The notes under the pieces: generated by a model
Told to the model about the DNA's origin: nothing
Database searches by the model: none
Seen by the model: only the letters and a program-made list of their open reading frames with translations
In this document: positions 17,870 to 27,969 of the stretch, piece by piece
Numbering within the stretch: the stretch's first letter is position 1
Layout: each line of letters starts with the position of its first letter
Position numbers and translations under genes: made by a program
DNA from: Rickettsiales bacterium
GTDB taxonomy: Bacteria; Pseudomonadota; Alphaproteobacteria; Rickettsiales; UBA1997
Assembly: GCA_023262945.1 (NCBI GenBank)
Contig: JALQXY010000035.1
Location: forward strand, 1 to 40,426
Length of the DNA: 40,426 bases
Direction: 5' to 3'

Positions 17870-17932
17870 TACTATTTCCATAAATTAAATACCCAATTTT
17901 TGATTTAATAGTAGAAAGTTCATTTAAAATCT

Positions 17933-18412
17933 CTATAAAATTTTGCTTTTATTGTTATATAAACATATTGCTGTTGCTAAAGCATCTGCTTCATCTTCGG
18001 TTTTAAAAGTTGATCTTGGTAATAGAACTTTAATCATCATTTGTATTTGATTTTTATCGGCACGCCCTACCCCAGTAATTGCCTTTTTAATTGCAGTAGT
18101 AGAAAATTCATGAACCTTTAACCCAAAAAGACCCAAACTTAACATCAAGGCTCCTCTGACATGACCTAATTTTAAAGATGAAGTAGGATTTATATTAATG
18201 AATGTTTTTTCAATTGCAGCAACATTGGGCTTGTCACATTTGATTATATTCGATAATTCTTGATGAAAATGATTAAGGCGATCAGCTAAGTCTATATTGG
18301 GCTTAGAATATATGGTATAAGAAGAGATAAAATTTAAGCAACTATTATTTATAGATATGATTCCGATACCAGTTTTAGTAAGACCAGGATCAATACCTAT
18401 AATTCTAGTCAT
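17933..18412 (-). CDS. ruvC: crossover junction endodeoxyribonuclease RuvC
   Basis: MTRIIGIDPGLTKTGIG is the canonical N-terminus, and EDEADALA is the C-terminal acidic motif. I chose the ATG at 18412, which overlaps the fadB stop by 8 nt, over the track start at 18442. Confidence 0.92.
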   Translation of the reverse strand: MTRIIGIDPGLTKTGIGIISINNSCLNFISSYTIYSKPNIDLADRLNHFHQELSNIIKCDKPNVAAIEKTFININPTSSLKLGHVRGALMLSLGLFGLKVHEFSTTAIKKAITGVGRADKNQIQMMIKVLLPRSTFKTEDEADALATAICLYNNKSKIL

Positions 18413-20525
18413 AAAATTTGTTATTCTTTTGCGCCATATCAATTAATAACTTACTCACAATAAATCTATCTCCATATTCTTTATTAAATTCTTGCAATCT
18501 TGATACTATATCTTTTAAGCCTCTATTATCAGCGTATTTTAGAACCCCTCCTCTAAAAGCAGGAAATCCAGCACCCATGATCATTGCCATATCAAGATAG
18601 CGGGCATTTTTTACAACATTCTCTTCTAAGCATTTAGCCGCTTCATTAACCATGGTTAATATGCAACGATCAACTATTATAAACTTTTCTAAATTAGATT
18701 TATTATTATTAACCTCGTCGACGATTTTGTAAATATCTCTATTAACAATTTTATTATTCTCATATCTATAAAAACCTATTTTAGATTTTTTTCCTAATAA
18801 ATTTTTATGATCATTATAAATTTTATTTAAAAGTTGCGAAACTTCCATTCTCTTGCCATAAGCTTCTTGCAAGGATTTGGCTACCTTAACTCCAACATCT
18901 ATACCGACAATATCAGCTAGAGTAAAGGGACCCATTGGCATACCAAAATCTTCAATAAGATCATCTATTTCTTTAATATCGCCACCCTCTTGCAATATAT
19001 AAGACGATTCATTGAGATAAGGCAGCAATACTCTGTTTACTAAAAAACCAGCAACATCTTTTACTACTATTGGAGTTTTGCCCATTTTTTTAGCCAAATC
19101 AACTATCGAAGCAATTGTTTCTTCATTGGTTTTCTCACCTTTAATTACTTCAACTAAAGGCATACGATTAACTGGATTAAAAAAATGCATACCGATAAAT
19201 CTTTGTGGATTTTTTAAAGATTTTGCCATTTCACAGATCGATAAAGATGATGTATTAGATGCTATTATTGCTTTTTCGTCAATTTTACTCTCAAGCTCAG
19301 TAAAGATATTTTTTTTAATCTCAATATCTTCAACTGCTGCTTCAATTACTAGATCGCGATTAGCAAAGCCAGAATAATCAAGGCAAGAAGATATTTTGGC
19401 AGTTTTAAAAGAAACTTCAAATTTAGTTAATTTTTTAATTTTTTTAAGCTCGCTAAAAATTTTTTTAACCTGATCATAACCAAGGGCGATTGATTTATTT
19501 GATATATCTTTTAAGCGAATATCTATATTGTTTTTAGCAAAGAGCCATGCAATACCTCCTCCCATTATACCAGCTCCAAGAACTGCTGCCTTTTTTATTT
19601 CCAAGATATTATTTTTTTTACCTTCCAAGCCATTATCTTTTTTTAAAGCCTCACTAGTAAAAAATAAATCTATCATATTTTTACAAATATCACTTACAGC
19701 TAATTCACAAAAAGCATCTAACTCCAACTTCAACCCCTTAATTATATTTCTACGATAAGTCTTGCAAATCACATCTAATGCATAATGAGGTGCTGGGTAA
19801 TGACCCTTAGTTTTTGCTAGAAGATTTTTGAAGGCAATATGTATAATTAAAGATTTTCCAAATGGTATTTTTTCTATAAAGCTTTTACTAGATTTTATCT
19901 TTTCCTTACCCGATAAAATATTATCAATAAATTTTTTAACCTCTTCCTCTAAAAATACTTCATTAATTATAGAGCTTATTAATCCTATTTTTAAAGCTTT
20001 TTTAGCGTTAATAGCTTTGCCAGAAAGGATCATATTTAAGGATTGCTGTAATCCGATTATTCGTGGCAATCGCTGAGTACCACCAAAACCAGGAATTATA
20101 CCTAGATTAACTTCTGGTAAACCAAGTAAAGTTTTGCTATTCGTAGTTGCTAAACGATAATCACAAGCTAGTGCTAACTCCAAACCGCCACCCAAGCAAG
20201 AGCCATTAATAATTGCAATGGTTGGAATTTTTAATTCTGATAGTTTATTGATAATATTTTGTCCTTGCGATACTTTTCGATATGCATCTTTTTTATCTTT
20301 TATTGACTTAATTTCATTAATATCAGCCCCAGCAATAAAATTACCGTTTTTATTTGAAGTTATAGTTAGAATTTTTATAGATTTATCTTTTGCAATTAAG
20401 TTTAAGTTTTTTTCAAATTCATTTAAAACTAGAGCCGATAGTTTATTTACCTTTTCATTGGGTAAATCAAAAACTAAATGAGCAACACCATTATCATCCC
20501 TTTTTAACAAAATTGCGTTATTCAT
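18405..20525 (-). CDS. fadB: fatty-acid oxidation multifunctional enzyme (enoyl-CoA hydratase / 3-hydroxyacyl-CoA dehydrogenase)
   Basis: 706 aa. N-terminal crotonase fold (GADINE, GGGLELALACDYR). Central Rossmann motif AVLGAGIMGGGIA of 3-hydroxyacyl-CoA dehydrogenase. No thiolase gene is adjacent. Confidence 0.92.
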   Translation of the reverse strand: MNNAILLKRDDNGVAHLVFDLPNEKVNKLSALVLNEFEKNLNLIAKDKSIKILTITSNKNGNFIAGADINEIKSIKDKKDAYRKVSQGQNIINKLSELKIPTIAIINGSCLGGGLELALACDYRLATTNSKTLLGLPEVNLGIIPGFGGTQRLPRIIGLQQSLNMILSGKAINAKKALKIGLISSIINEVFLEEEVKKFIDNILSGKEKIKSSKSFIEKIPFGKSLIIHIAFKNLLAKTKGHYPAPHYALDVICKTYRRNIIKGLKLELDAFCELAVSDICKNMIDLFFTSEALKKDNGLEGKKNNILEIKKAAVLGAGIMGGGIAWLFAKNNIDIRLKDISNKSIALGYDQVKKIFSELKKIKKLTKFEVSFKTAKISSCLDYSGFANRDLVIEAAVEDIEIKKNIFTELESKIDEKAIIASNTSSLSICEMAKSLKNPQRFIGMHFFNPVNRMPLVEVIKGEKTNEETIASIVDLAKKMGKTPIVVKDVAGFLVNRVLLPYLNESSYILQEGGDIKEIDDLIEDFGMPMGPFTLADIVGIDVGVKVAKSLQEAYGKRMEVSQLLNKIYNDHKNLLGKKSKIGFYRYENNKIVNRDIYKIVDEVNNNKSNLEKFIIVDRCILTMVNEAAKCLEENVVKNARYLDMAMIMGAGFPAFRGGVLKYADNRGLKDIVSRLQEFNKEYGDRFIVSKLLIDMAQKNNKFYD

Positions 20526-20528
20526 AAA

Positions 20529-21479
20529 TTAATTATCGTAATTTGTTGATAAATATTTTTCTATTTCAAGCGCGGCCATGCATCCAGTTCCAGCTGCTGT
20601 AATTGCTTGACGATAAATTTTATCCTGAATATCACCAGCGGCATAAACACCTTCTATATTTGTTGCTGTAGAATTAGATTTTGTTATTATATAACCCTCA
20701 TCATCTATTTTTAATCCAGTGTTTTTAAAGAGATCAGAGTTAGGTTTGTGACCAATTGCTATAAAAACACCATCTATCTTGATATCGTTCAAATTTCCAG
20801 TTTTAGTATCTTTTAATTTGGCTCCGTTAACTGATTTAGGATTATCACTACCAAGTACCTCTTCTAAAGTTTTGTTCCATAAAATTTCAATTTTAGGGTT
20901 TTTCATTAAGCGATCTTGTAAAATTTTTTCCGCCCTTAAAGAATCTCTGCGATGCGCTAAATAAACTTTACTACAATGATTGGTAAGATATAAAGCTTCT
21001 TCAACCGCAGTATTACCGCCTCCAATTACCAATACTTCTTTATTTTTAAAAAAGAATCCATCACAAGTAGCACAACCAGAAACTCCAAAACCTTGAAATT
21101 TACTTTCCGATTCTAATCCCAACCATTTAGCCTGGGCCCCTGTAGCAATAACAACAGCATCAGCTTCAAAAACATCTTCAGATTCACCAATTAACTTAAA
21201 AGGTTTTTTTGAAAAATCGACCTCTTTAATATGATCAAAAACAATATTTGTGCCGACATTTTTTGCCTGAGCTTCCATTTGCTCCATTAACCAAGGCCCT
21301 TGTATTGGGTCAGCAAAGCCAGGATAGTTTTCAACTTCCGTAGTAATTGTTAGTTGCCCTCCAGGCTGAATACCATTTATTAAGATTGGTTGCAAATTTG
21401 CTCGCGCCGCATAAATTGCCGCACTATAACCAGCAGGCCCAGAGCCAATTATTGCTATTTTAGTTTTATAATTTGCCAT
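20529..21479 (-). CDS. trxB: thioredoxin-disulfide reductase
   Basis: 316 aa. Motifs GSGPAGYSAAIYAARA, redox-active CATCDG and GGGNTAVEEA. Confidence 0.96.
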   Translation of the reverse strand: MANYKTKIAIIGSGPAGYSAAIYAARANLQPILINGIQPGGQLTITTEVENYPGFADPIQGPWLMEQMEAQAKNVGTNIVFDHIKEVDFSKKPFKLIGESEDVFEADAVVIATGAQAKWLGLESESKFQGFGVSGCATCDGFFFKNKEVLVIGGGNTAVEEALYLTNHCSKVYLAHRRDSLRAEKILQDRLMKNPKIEILWNKTLEEVLGSDNPKSVNGAKLKDTKTGNLNDIKIDGVFIAIGHKPNSDLFKNTGLKIDDEGYIITKSNSTATNIEGVYAAGDIQDKIYRQAITAAGTGCMAALEIEKYLSTNYDN

Positions 21480-21501
21480 ATTTTAAATAATTTATATTTA
21501 A

Positions 21502-22242
21502 TTAAATACAATACATTCCGCCATTAATTGACAATGTATGACCAGTTATATAAGATGCAGCATCGCTAGCCAAAAAAACTACACCGTTAGCAATTTCACT
21601 AGCTTTACCCATTCTAGCCATAGGTATTTTATTTAATGTTTGCTTTTTTTGATCCTCTGTTAAAATTTCAGTCATCGGGCTTTCAATAAATCCCGGAGCT
21701 ACGCAATTAATAGTGATTCCACGACTAGCAACTTCTTGCGCCAAGGATTTAGTCATGCCAATCATTCCAGATTTAGAAGCTACATAGTTAGCTTGACCTG
21801 GATTCCCACTTTGCGCAACAACAGAAGCAATATTTATGATGCGACCATATTTTCGACGTATCATTTTTTTTATAGCATTACGATTAAGAATAAAAGTTGA
21901 TTTAAGATTTATATCAACTACCTGACTAAAATCATCATTTTTCATTCTCAAGATCACATTATCTTTAGTAATACCAGCATTGCATACAAGAATGTCAATT
22001 TGATTGCCAGCTAACTCTTCTGCTTTATCAATTAAAAGATCAACTTCATCACCATTAGACAAATTACAAGAAATATATTTATTATTTGATGCAAGTTTTT
22101 TTGATAATTTTTCTAGTTTATCATTATTGGTGCCAGATAGAATAACAAAGGCACCTTGATCAATAAAACTTTTTGCAATCTCCTCTCCTATGCCCCCAGT
22201 AGCTCCCGTCAATAAAACTGTTTTATTTTTTAAGTTTAGCAT
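21502..22242 (-). CDS. fabG: 3-oxoacyl-[ACP] reductase
   Basis: 246 aa SDR. Motifs TGATGGIGEEIA, NAG and the YVASKSG catalytic Tyr/Lys motif. Confidence 0.9.
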   Translation of the reverse strand: MLNLKNKTVLLTGATGGIGEEIAKSFIDQGAFVILSGTNNDKLEKLSKKLASNNKYISCNLSNGDEVDLLIDKAEELAGNQIDILVCNAGITKDNVILRMKNDDFSQVVDINLKSTFILNRNAIKKMIRRKYGRIINIASVVAQSGNPGQANYVASKSGMIGMTKSLAQEVASRGITINCVAPGFIESPMTEILTEDQKKQTLNKIPMARMGKASEIANGVVFLASDAASYITGHTLSINGGMYCI

Positions 22243-22311
22243 TTTTATTTATTTTTAATAATTAGTAATAAATTTATGAGCTTTATACAATTTATAGAAT
22301 TTTTTTAGAAA

Positions 22312-23088
22312 TTATTTATTTAAAATATCAATAAGACGATTCATTTTTTCAATATCAATCTTTTCATAACCGATATTTTTAATAACTTCATTTATTGCTT
22401 CATTATTAATGATATTTTTATCAATATCTTCATTTTTATTAATTAAATCATCAAGCAAATTTTCTTTTTCTGAGTTACTATCTTCTTCTTTTGCGATATT
22501 ATCAATTTCTTTATTTAAAATATCAGATGGAATTTTACTAATATTATTTTTAATATTCTTATAAGTAGAACTAATAAAACTTTTAACAAAAGGATCTATA
22601 AATTCACCAGAATATTTAATAATATTATATGATTTAGCGCTAACTAACCATTGAGGATTAGTTTTATTTATATTTTTTGTATCAATACCAAGCAATATAG
22701 AATAAAAATTTAACATTAAGGAATAGATAAAGCCAAAAACTAAAAGAGTTTTTAATATGCCATAAAAAACACCTAGAGACTTATCAATTGAAGTTGGAAC
22801 TATTGCTTTTAAAGCCTTAACAAGAGATGATGTTGAAAAAGAAATTATGATAAAGGTTATAACAAAAACACCGAATTTAGCAATTATATCAATTACCACG
22901 CCATTGCTTGATTCTGATTTAATTAAAGAAGTTATCCAAGGCGCAACAAAATAGCACACAAACAAAGAAATAATCCAACTAAACAAATTAAAAAATTCTT
23001 TGATAAAGCCACGCAAAAAGGCTGTTATAACAAATATAAAAAAAAATATTAAAAATATTAGATCTAAAATACCTACTTCTAAAGTCAC
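22312..23088 (-). CDS. cvpA: CvpA family membrane protein with an acidic/N-rich C-terminal extension
   Basis: 258 aa. Four hydrophobic segments, with an N-terminus ILDLIFLIFFFIFVITAFLRGFIKEF typical of CvpA. The last roughly 80 aa are low complexity and rich in D/E/N/K. Confidence 0.8.
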   Translation of the reverse strand: MTLEVGILDLIFLIFFFIFVITAFLRGFIKEFFNLFSWIISLFVCYFVAPWITSLIKSESSNGVVIDIIAKFGVFVITFIIISFSTSSLVKALKAIVPTSIDKSLGVFYGILKTLLVFGFIYSLMLNFYSILLGIDTKNINKTNPQWLVSAKSYNIIKYSGEFIDPFVKSFISSTYKNIKNNISKIPSDILNKEIDNIAKEEDSNSEKENLLDDLINKNEDIDKNIINNEAINEVIKNIGYEKIDIEKMNRLIDILNK

Positions 23089-23097
23089 AATTTAAAT

Positions 23098-23832
23098 TTA
23101 TTTTCTTAATAACCTGATAAAAGGAAGATTTTTTACAACTTCCTTGGCTTGTTTTAAAGACCCATTATCTTCCATTATAATATCATGTGCTGATTGAAAA
23201 AAAGTTGAAAATTGATTTTTAATTTTAAATTTAAATTTTTCAAACTGCATTATTTTTTTTATTTCATTATCGATATATTTTTTAGTATTAGTTAGATTTT
23301 CACTTTCATCATTAATAAAAATTGATGATGTTTTCCAAATTATCTTAGATAATATTAATCTTTTTGAATAAAAGTTAAAATCAGTTGATTGATCTTTAAT
23401 TATTTTCCATATACTATCAGAAATTGAGAAACATAATTCAAGAGATTGAAAAGAAGGCCTTAATCCAGTAGAAAAAGAGGATAGATTTTTAGGATCAAAA
23501 TAAAAATGAACTAAATTATTGACGGATTTTTTGTTATTAATTTCAATTTCAAAGCGTTTATATAAACATAACCTAATTTTATCACGAATTTTTTGTTGAT
23601 CAAAATCTTCAATGTAAGAAATTTTTTTAGCTAATTCTTTATTTCCTTCTTTAATATAAAAATCAATTACATCAAGAATACCATTAGGAAAAATTATAGA
23701 TAAATATTTTTTATCAATATTGACAAGATCTAATGCCTCTTCTAAATTTTTTAAATTCCAACCACTCATTGCAGAAATTTGTAAAAAAGAAGCAAGAATT
23801 GTTTGTTTATTTTTTAAAGAATCGATCAACAT
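23098..23832 (-). CDS. COQ9 family protein (rpsU-divergently-transcribed protein type)
   Basis: 244 aa. Motifs GWNLKNLEEA..IFPNGILDVIDFY..IRDKIRLCLYKRFE..DSIWKIIKDQSTDFNFYSKRLILSKI follow the COQ9/TIGR02396 pattern as I recall it. Confidence 0.75.
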   Translation of the reverse strand: MLIDSLKNKQTILASFLQISAMSGWNLKNLEEALDLVNIDKKYLSIIFPNGILDVIDFYIKEGNKELAKKISYIEDFDQQKIRDKIRLCLYKRFEIEINNKKSVNNLVHFYFDPKNLSSFSTGLRPSFQSLELCFSISDSIWKIIKDQSTDFNFYSKRLILSKIIWKTSSIFINDESENLTNTKKYIDNEIKKIMQFEKFKFKIKNQFSTFFQSAHDIIMEDNGSLKQAKEVVKNLPFIRLLRK

Positions 23833-24084
23833 AGATGATTTGTGATTTAAAATTATTAATGTAAAATATTGTATTTATAACATTTCTCATCTTATAATTA
23901 GATTTTCATAGATTTAATAAATGTTAACGATTAGTTATCACCAGCATCATTAAATCGATATTTTTGGGATAAAAATTTAAAAAATAAAATCTTTAAATTA
24001 AATAAAGCTTAAGAATTTTTATAATTTTTAATCAAAAAATGAGATTAAAATCTAACTAATATCTACTAACTTTAAGGATAAGAA

Positions 24085-25293
24085 ATGATATTAGTTAATT
24101 TATTAATATCAACAGCTATGACAACATCACCTAATTTATTGCCAATTCATCAAAGGTTTGATATAAGTTTTTCACATGGGATTGGGTCATATCTTTACAG
24201 TGATAATAGAGAATACCTTGATTTTGGTGCTGGAATTGCAGTAAATGCATTAGGTCATTGTCATCCAAAAATAGTTGCAGCCCTAACTCAACAGGCAAAT
24301 AAACTATGGCATGTATCCAATATTTATAACGTTAATGAATTAAATAATTTTGCTGAAAAATTAACTAAAGCTACTTTTGCTGATTATGTATTTTTCTGCA
24401 ATTCTGGAGCCGAAAGCCTTGAATGCGCAGTAAAAACAATGAGAAGATATTTTTATTGTCAAAATAAACCTTATAAAAATAGAATTATCACTTTTTCTGG
24501 AGCATTTCACGGCAGAACTATTACCGCAATATCGGCAGCAGCTAAAGAAAAATACACCAAAGGATTTGAGCCTTTGCTAGATGGTTTTGACAATGTTGAA
24601 TTTGGCAATATTGAAGCAGTAAAAAATGCCATAAAAAACGAAACAGCAGGAATCTTAATAGAGCCAATACAAGGCGAAGAAGGAATAAGACCTTGCAGCA
24701 AAGAATTTTTAAAACAATTACGTCAAATTTGCGATGAAAATGAACTGCTTTTAGGTTTTGATGAAGTGCAATGCGGTAATGGCCGAGTAGGACACCTGTA
24801 TGCTTATCAATATTATGACGTTATACCAGATATATTAGCCACCGCCAAAGCAATTGGTGGAGGATTTCCTCTTGGCGCCTGTCTAATAAAAAAAGAAGCT
24901 GGTCAATATATGACTCCTGGCACTCATGGCACAACATACGGCGGCAATCCTCTTGCCATGGCAGTAGCTAACGCGGTTTTGGACGAAATATTAAGCAATA
25001 ACTTTTTAAACAACGTTAAAAGCACTTCTCAATTACTAATAAAAGAACTCAATAAGTTGCAAAAACAATTTCCTGATATTATTGAAGAAGTAAGAGGTAT
25101 TGGGCTTATGCTTGGCTTAAAAATTAACGAAAAAATTGTTAATACTAAAATTGTGCAAAAATTTATCGATCATCAACTCTTAACAATACCAGCAGGACAA
25201 AATGTTGTTCGTTTATTGCCACCATTGATAATTGATAATAATCATGTCATGGAAGCTATTAGCAAAATAAAGAAATCTCTACAAAGCTTGTAA
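24085..25293 (+). CDS. argD: acetylornithine (or succinyl-diaminopimelate) aminotransferase, class III PLP enzyme
   Basis: 402 aa. Motifs GIAVNALGHCHP and DEVQCGNGRVG, with the PLP-lysine region TAKAIGGGFPLG. AAGGA lies 6 nt upstream of ATG 24085. ATG 24118 is an alternative start. Confidence 0.88.
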   Translation: MILVNLLISTAMTTSPNLLPIHQRFDISFSHGIGSYLYSDNREYLDFGAGIAVNALGHCHPKIVAALTQQANKLWHVSNIYNVNELNNFAEKLTKATFADYVFFCNSGAESLECAVKTMRRYFYCQNKPYKNRIITFSGAFHGRTITAISAAAKEKYTKGFEPLLDGFDNVEFGNIEAVKNAIKNETAGILIEPIQGEEGIRPCSKEFLKQLRQICDENELLLGFDEVQCGNGRVGHLYAYQYYDVIPDILATAKAIGGGFPLGACLIKKEAGQYMTPGTHGTTYGGNPLAMAVANAVLDEILSNNFLNNVKSTSQLLIKELNKLQKQFPDIIEEVRGIGLMLGLKINEKIVNTKIVQKFIDHQLLTIPAGQNVVRLLPPLIIDNNHVMEAISKIKKSLQSL

Positions 25294-25313
25294 ATTAATA
25301 AACGAGTTTTGTA

Positions 25314-26711
25314 TTATTCTGAAATATATATACTATTAGGAATATTTTTTCTTAACATTTCTATCTTATCGCGATTTTCTACAAATTCTTTATAATCTTT
25401 TCCTTTTAACATAATGCCAGAAGAAGCTTTTACTTTTGATGGATTAATGTGAAGACCATTTTTTATTACTTCAAAATGAAGATGTGGTCCAGTTGAGCGA
25501 CCAGTCGTTCCAACATAAGCAATAACGTCCCCTTGTTTTACACGAGAACCATTCTTAAATCTTGGATTAAATCTACTAGCATGGGCATAAGATGTAGAAT
25601 ATTCAGAGTTATGCTTGATTCGTATATAGTTACCATAACCACCATTTCGACCTCGAAAAGTTATAATACCACTGCCTGCAGCTAAAATTGGAGTTCCGCT
25701 ACGAGCAGCAAAATCAATTCCTTTATGCATTCTTGAATAACCTAAAATAGGATGCCTTCTCATGCCAAAATTTGATGAAACTCGAGCGCCGTTTATAGGG
25801 GTTTTTAATAAAGATTTTTTAATACTATTACCCTTTGCATTAAAATATTCTATACGATCACGATATCTATGGGCAAACATATTTATTTCACTATTTCTAA
25901 CAAAAATCGAAGCAAAAATAATATTCCCGTCTCTTATTTTTTTGCCGTCGTTATCATAAAAAGTTTCAACAATAATTTCAAATTTATCACCAGCTCTTAT
26001 ATCTCGCTGAAAATCAATATCATAACCATATAGATTTATCATATTCATCATAACATTTGAAGAAATGCCAAGATTAACACCATCTATATAAAGACCATTG
26101 TTAATTGTTCCGTAATATCTTTCGATTGATTTTATTAAGTCTATTTTGATTTTTTGCGCTTTATATGAACCGTTACTTGTTTTTTTTACCCTTATCTTTT
26201 CATCACTACTCAATTCAATAGATAATGATTTCAACGAAATGCTTTTTTGTATATTACTACTCTGCTCTTGATCTAAATTTAAAGATAAGTCATAGACTAT
26301 TCGCAGCTCGTCACCCTTAACGATCGATCTTGGATCGTAGATTTTTTTCATTTCTGATAAAAGAGAGAATATTTCATTTTCATTAGCACCTAAATCTATT
26401 AAAATCTTTAATATAGTGTCACCAGCTTTAACTTTATAGTTAAATATTTGATCTTGCGATAAATCAAATTTAAGATTTTTTTCGTCAAATTTTATGTTAA
26501 TGTATTTAAGTTTTTTAGCCTTATCTTTTTGAAAATCGATAAACGAATCTGATAAATTACTATATAATAAGATTGATCCCTTTGTAATAAAGAAAATTGT
26601 AATTATTGAAATAGCAACTGGCTTAAATAATTTTAATTCTATAACTCTGTCAATAGCTATAAAAGTAACATGAACAAGATTTAATAATTTTGCTAAAATA
26701 AAATTTTTCAC
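25314..26711 (-). CDS. M23 family metallopeptidase with LysM-like domain
   Basis: 465 aa. N-terminal TM segment, LysM-like YKVKAGDTILKIL, and M23 motifs HKGIDFAA and GTTGRSTGPHLHFEV. The start codon is GTG. Confidence 0.9.
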   Translation of the reverse strand: MKNFILAKLLNLVHVTFIAIDRVIELKLFKPVAISIITIFFITKGSILLYSNLSDSFIDFQKDKAKKLKYINIKFDEKNLKFDLSQDQIFNYKVKAGDTILKILIDLGANENEIFSLLSEMKKIYDPRSIVKGDELRIVYDLSLNLDQEQSSNIQKSISLKSLSIELSSDEKIRVKKTSNGSYKAQKIKIDLIKSIERYYGTINNGLYIDGVNLGISSNVMMNMINLYGYDIDFQRDIRAGDKFEIIVETFYDNDGKKIRDGNIIFASIFVRNSEINMFAHRYRDRIEYFNAKGNSIKKSLLKTPINGARVSSNFGMRRHPILGYSRMHKGIDFAARSGTPILAAGSGIITFRGRNGGYGNYIRIKHNSEYSTSYAHASRFNPRFKNGSRVKQGDVIAYVGTTGRSTGPHLHFEVIKNGLHINPSKVKASSGIMLKGKDYKEFVENRDKIEMLRKNIPNSIYISE

Positions 26712-27024
26712 TTAATTTAAAAAAGAGTTCCAAAAATCATACAAAATTCTATTTTTAGATTTAATTTAGAGTGATTTAAATAAAATAAACCCAAAATAAA
26801 ATAACTTGATTAGAGAATTAATTGCATAAAAGCCCACAAATCAATTTAATCTTAAATAAGAATTAAAAGTATAAAAAAAATTATCAAAGGTTTTTAGTAT
26901 CAAATATTAATTTTCTTAATTTTTCAATAAAATTAATTTTCTTTAAAAAAAGTAAAAAAAACTGTTGCACTACTTTTAGAAATAGGTATCATAAGATGTC
27001 TAAGATATTTTCCACGCTTATCTT

Positions 27025-27082
27025 ATACCAAATCTCTTTTTTAATTTCACTTTTAACAAAAAATTAAATTGAAATTTGGCAT
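27025..27082. repeat. degenerate palindromic element, B-type termini only
   Basis: ATACCAAATCTC at 27025 and GAAATTTGGCAT ending at 27082 form 12-bp inverted termini that match the family arm. The interior is poorly palindromic. Confidence 0.4.
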
Positions 27083-27114
27083 TACATTTATCATGAAGAC
27101 TCATTTAACAATAT

Positions 27115-27939
27115 ATGAAAACAAAAAATACAAATATTAAAAACAAATCATCTAAAGAAACTAAAAACAAAATTAGTGAAAAAAGAACTAAAACAAAGGA
27201 AGCAATTCTTCAAATTAAAGATTCAAAACTTGAATCTATAACTATAAAAACTAAGAATACCAAATCCGCTAAATCGTCAAATTTTAAAGTGGGTTCTTAT
27301 ATAATTTATCCGTCACATGGCGTTGGTAAAATAAAAGAAATACAATCAGAAACAATTCTTGATCAAAAATTTAGCTATTATCTTATTTATTTTGAAAATG
27401 AAAAATTAACAATAAAAGTACCAATTAAATCTTCTGCCAAAGTCGGATTAAGATCTTTAACAACAAAAGAAGAAATAGAAGAAGTGTTTTTAACATTAAG
27501 AAGCGGCGTTAAAAAGTTAAAAGGAATGTGGTCACGTCGTGCTCAAGAGTATGAAACAAAAATCAATTCTGGCGATATTATGCTATTGGCAGAAGTTATC
27601 AGAGATTTAACTCGAGACATTGACGACAGCGACAGGTCATATAGTGAGCGCATAATTTATGAAACGGCAATATATCGATTAAGTAGCGAATATGCAGCAA
27701 TATATGGAGTTGAACTTAAAGAAGCTAAAGATCATATATTAACGATTGCTAAAGACAAATTAAATGCTGAAGATGATCATTCCGATAAAGATGATTTTGC
27801 TTTTGCTTTTGACGATAAAGGTAAAAATGATGATGAATATGACGAGTATGAAGAAGAGGAGGAAGAAGAAGAGGATGATGATGAAGATGAGTATGAAGAT
27901 GATGATGATTTTGATAATAAAAAATTAGCTAATGGTTAA
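27115..27939 (+). CDS. carD: CarD/CdnL family RNA-polymerase-binding regulator with K-rich N-terminal and poly-acidic C-terminal extensions
   Basis: 274 aa. The core FKVGSYIIYPSHGVGKI..MWSRRAQEYETKINSGD..LAEVIRDL is CarD_CdnL_TRCF-like. It carries about 55 extra N-terminal aa (about one third Lys) and a 55-aa tail ending EEEEEEEEDDDEDEYEDDDDFDNKKLANG. Confidence 0.88.
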   Translation: MKTKNTNIKNKSSKETKNKISEKRTKTKEAILQIKDSKLESITIKTKNTKSAKSSNFKVGSYIIYPSHGVGKIKEIQSETILDQKFSYYLIYFENEKLTIKVPIKSSAKVGLRSLTTKEEIEEVFLTLRSGVKKLKGMWSRRAQEYETKINSGDIMLLAEVIRDLTRDIDDSDRSYSERIIYETAIYRLSSEYAAIYGVELKEAKDHILTIAKDKLNAEDDHSDKDDFAFAFDDKGKNDDEYDEYEEEEEEEEDDDEDEYEDDDDFDNKKLANG

Positions 27940-27969
27940 TTAATAATCTTGCTATTTTTTATATTTGAG

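Noticed and set aside
18418-20481. Five plus-strand ORFs of 60-99 aa (18418-18600, 19078-19377, 19528-19758, 19828-20076, 20218-20481)
   Set aside because: All lie antisense inside the well-supported fadB gene. They are rich in F/I/L/S/K, as expected from reading AT-rich coding DNA backwards, and have no motifs. They are shadow ORFs.
26965-26992. Sigma70-like promoter TTGCAC-16 nt-TATCAT upstream of carD (and a similar TTGACT-17 nt-TTAATT at 10606-10634 upstream of rpmG)
   Set aside because: Hexamers of this quality occur frequently by chance in spacers that are more than 80% A/T. Without start-site data I cannot support them as features.
27840-27915. GAA/GAG/GAT-rich repetitive DNA
   Set aside because: It lies in frame within carD and encodes the poly-Glu/Asp tail. 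It is a coding low-complexity tract, not a microsatellite locus or CRISPR-like array.
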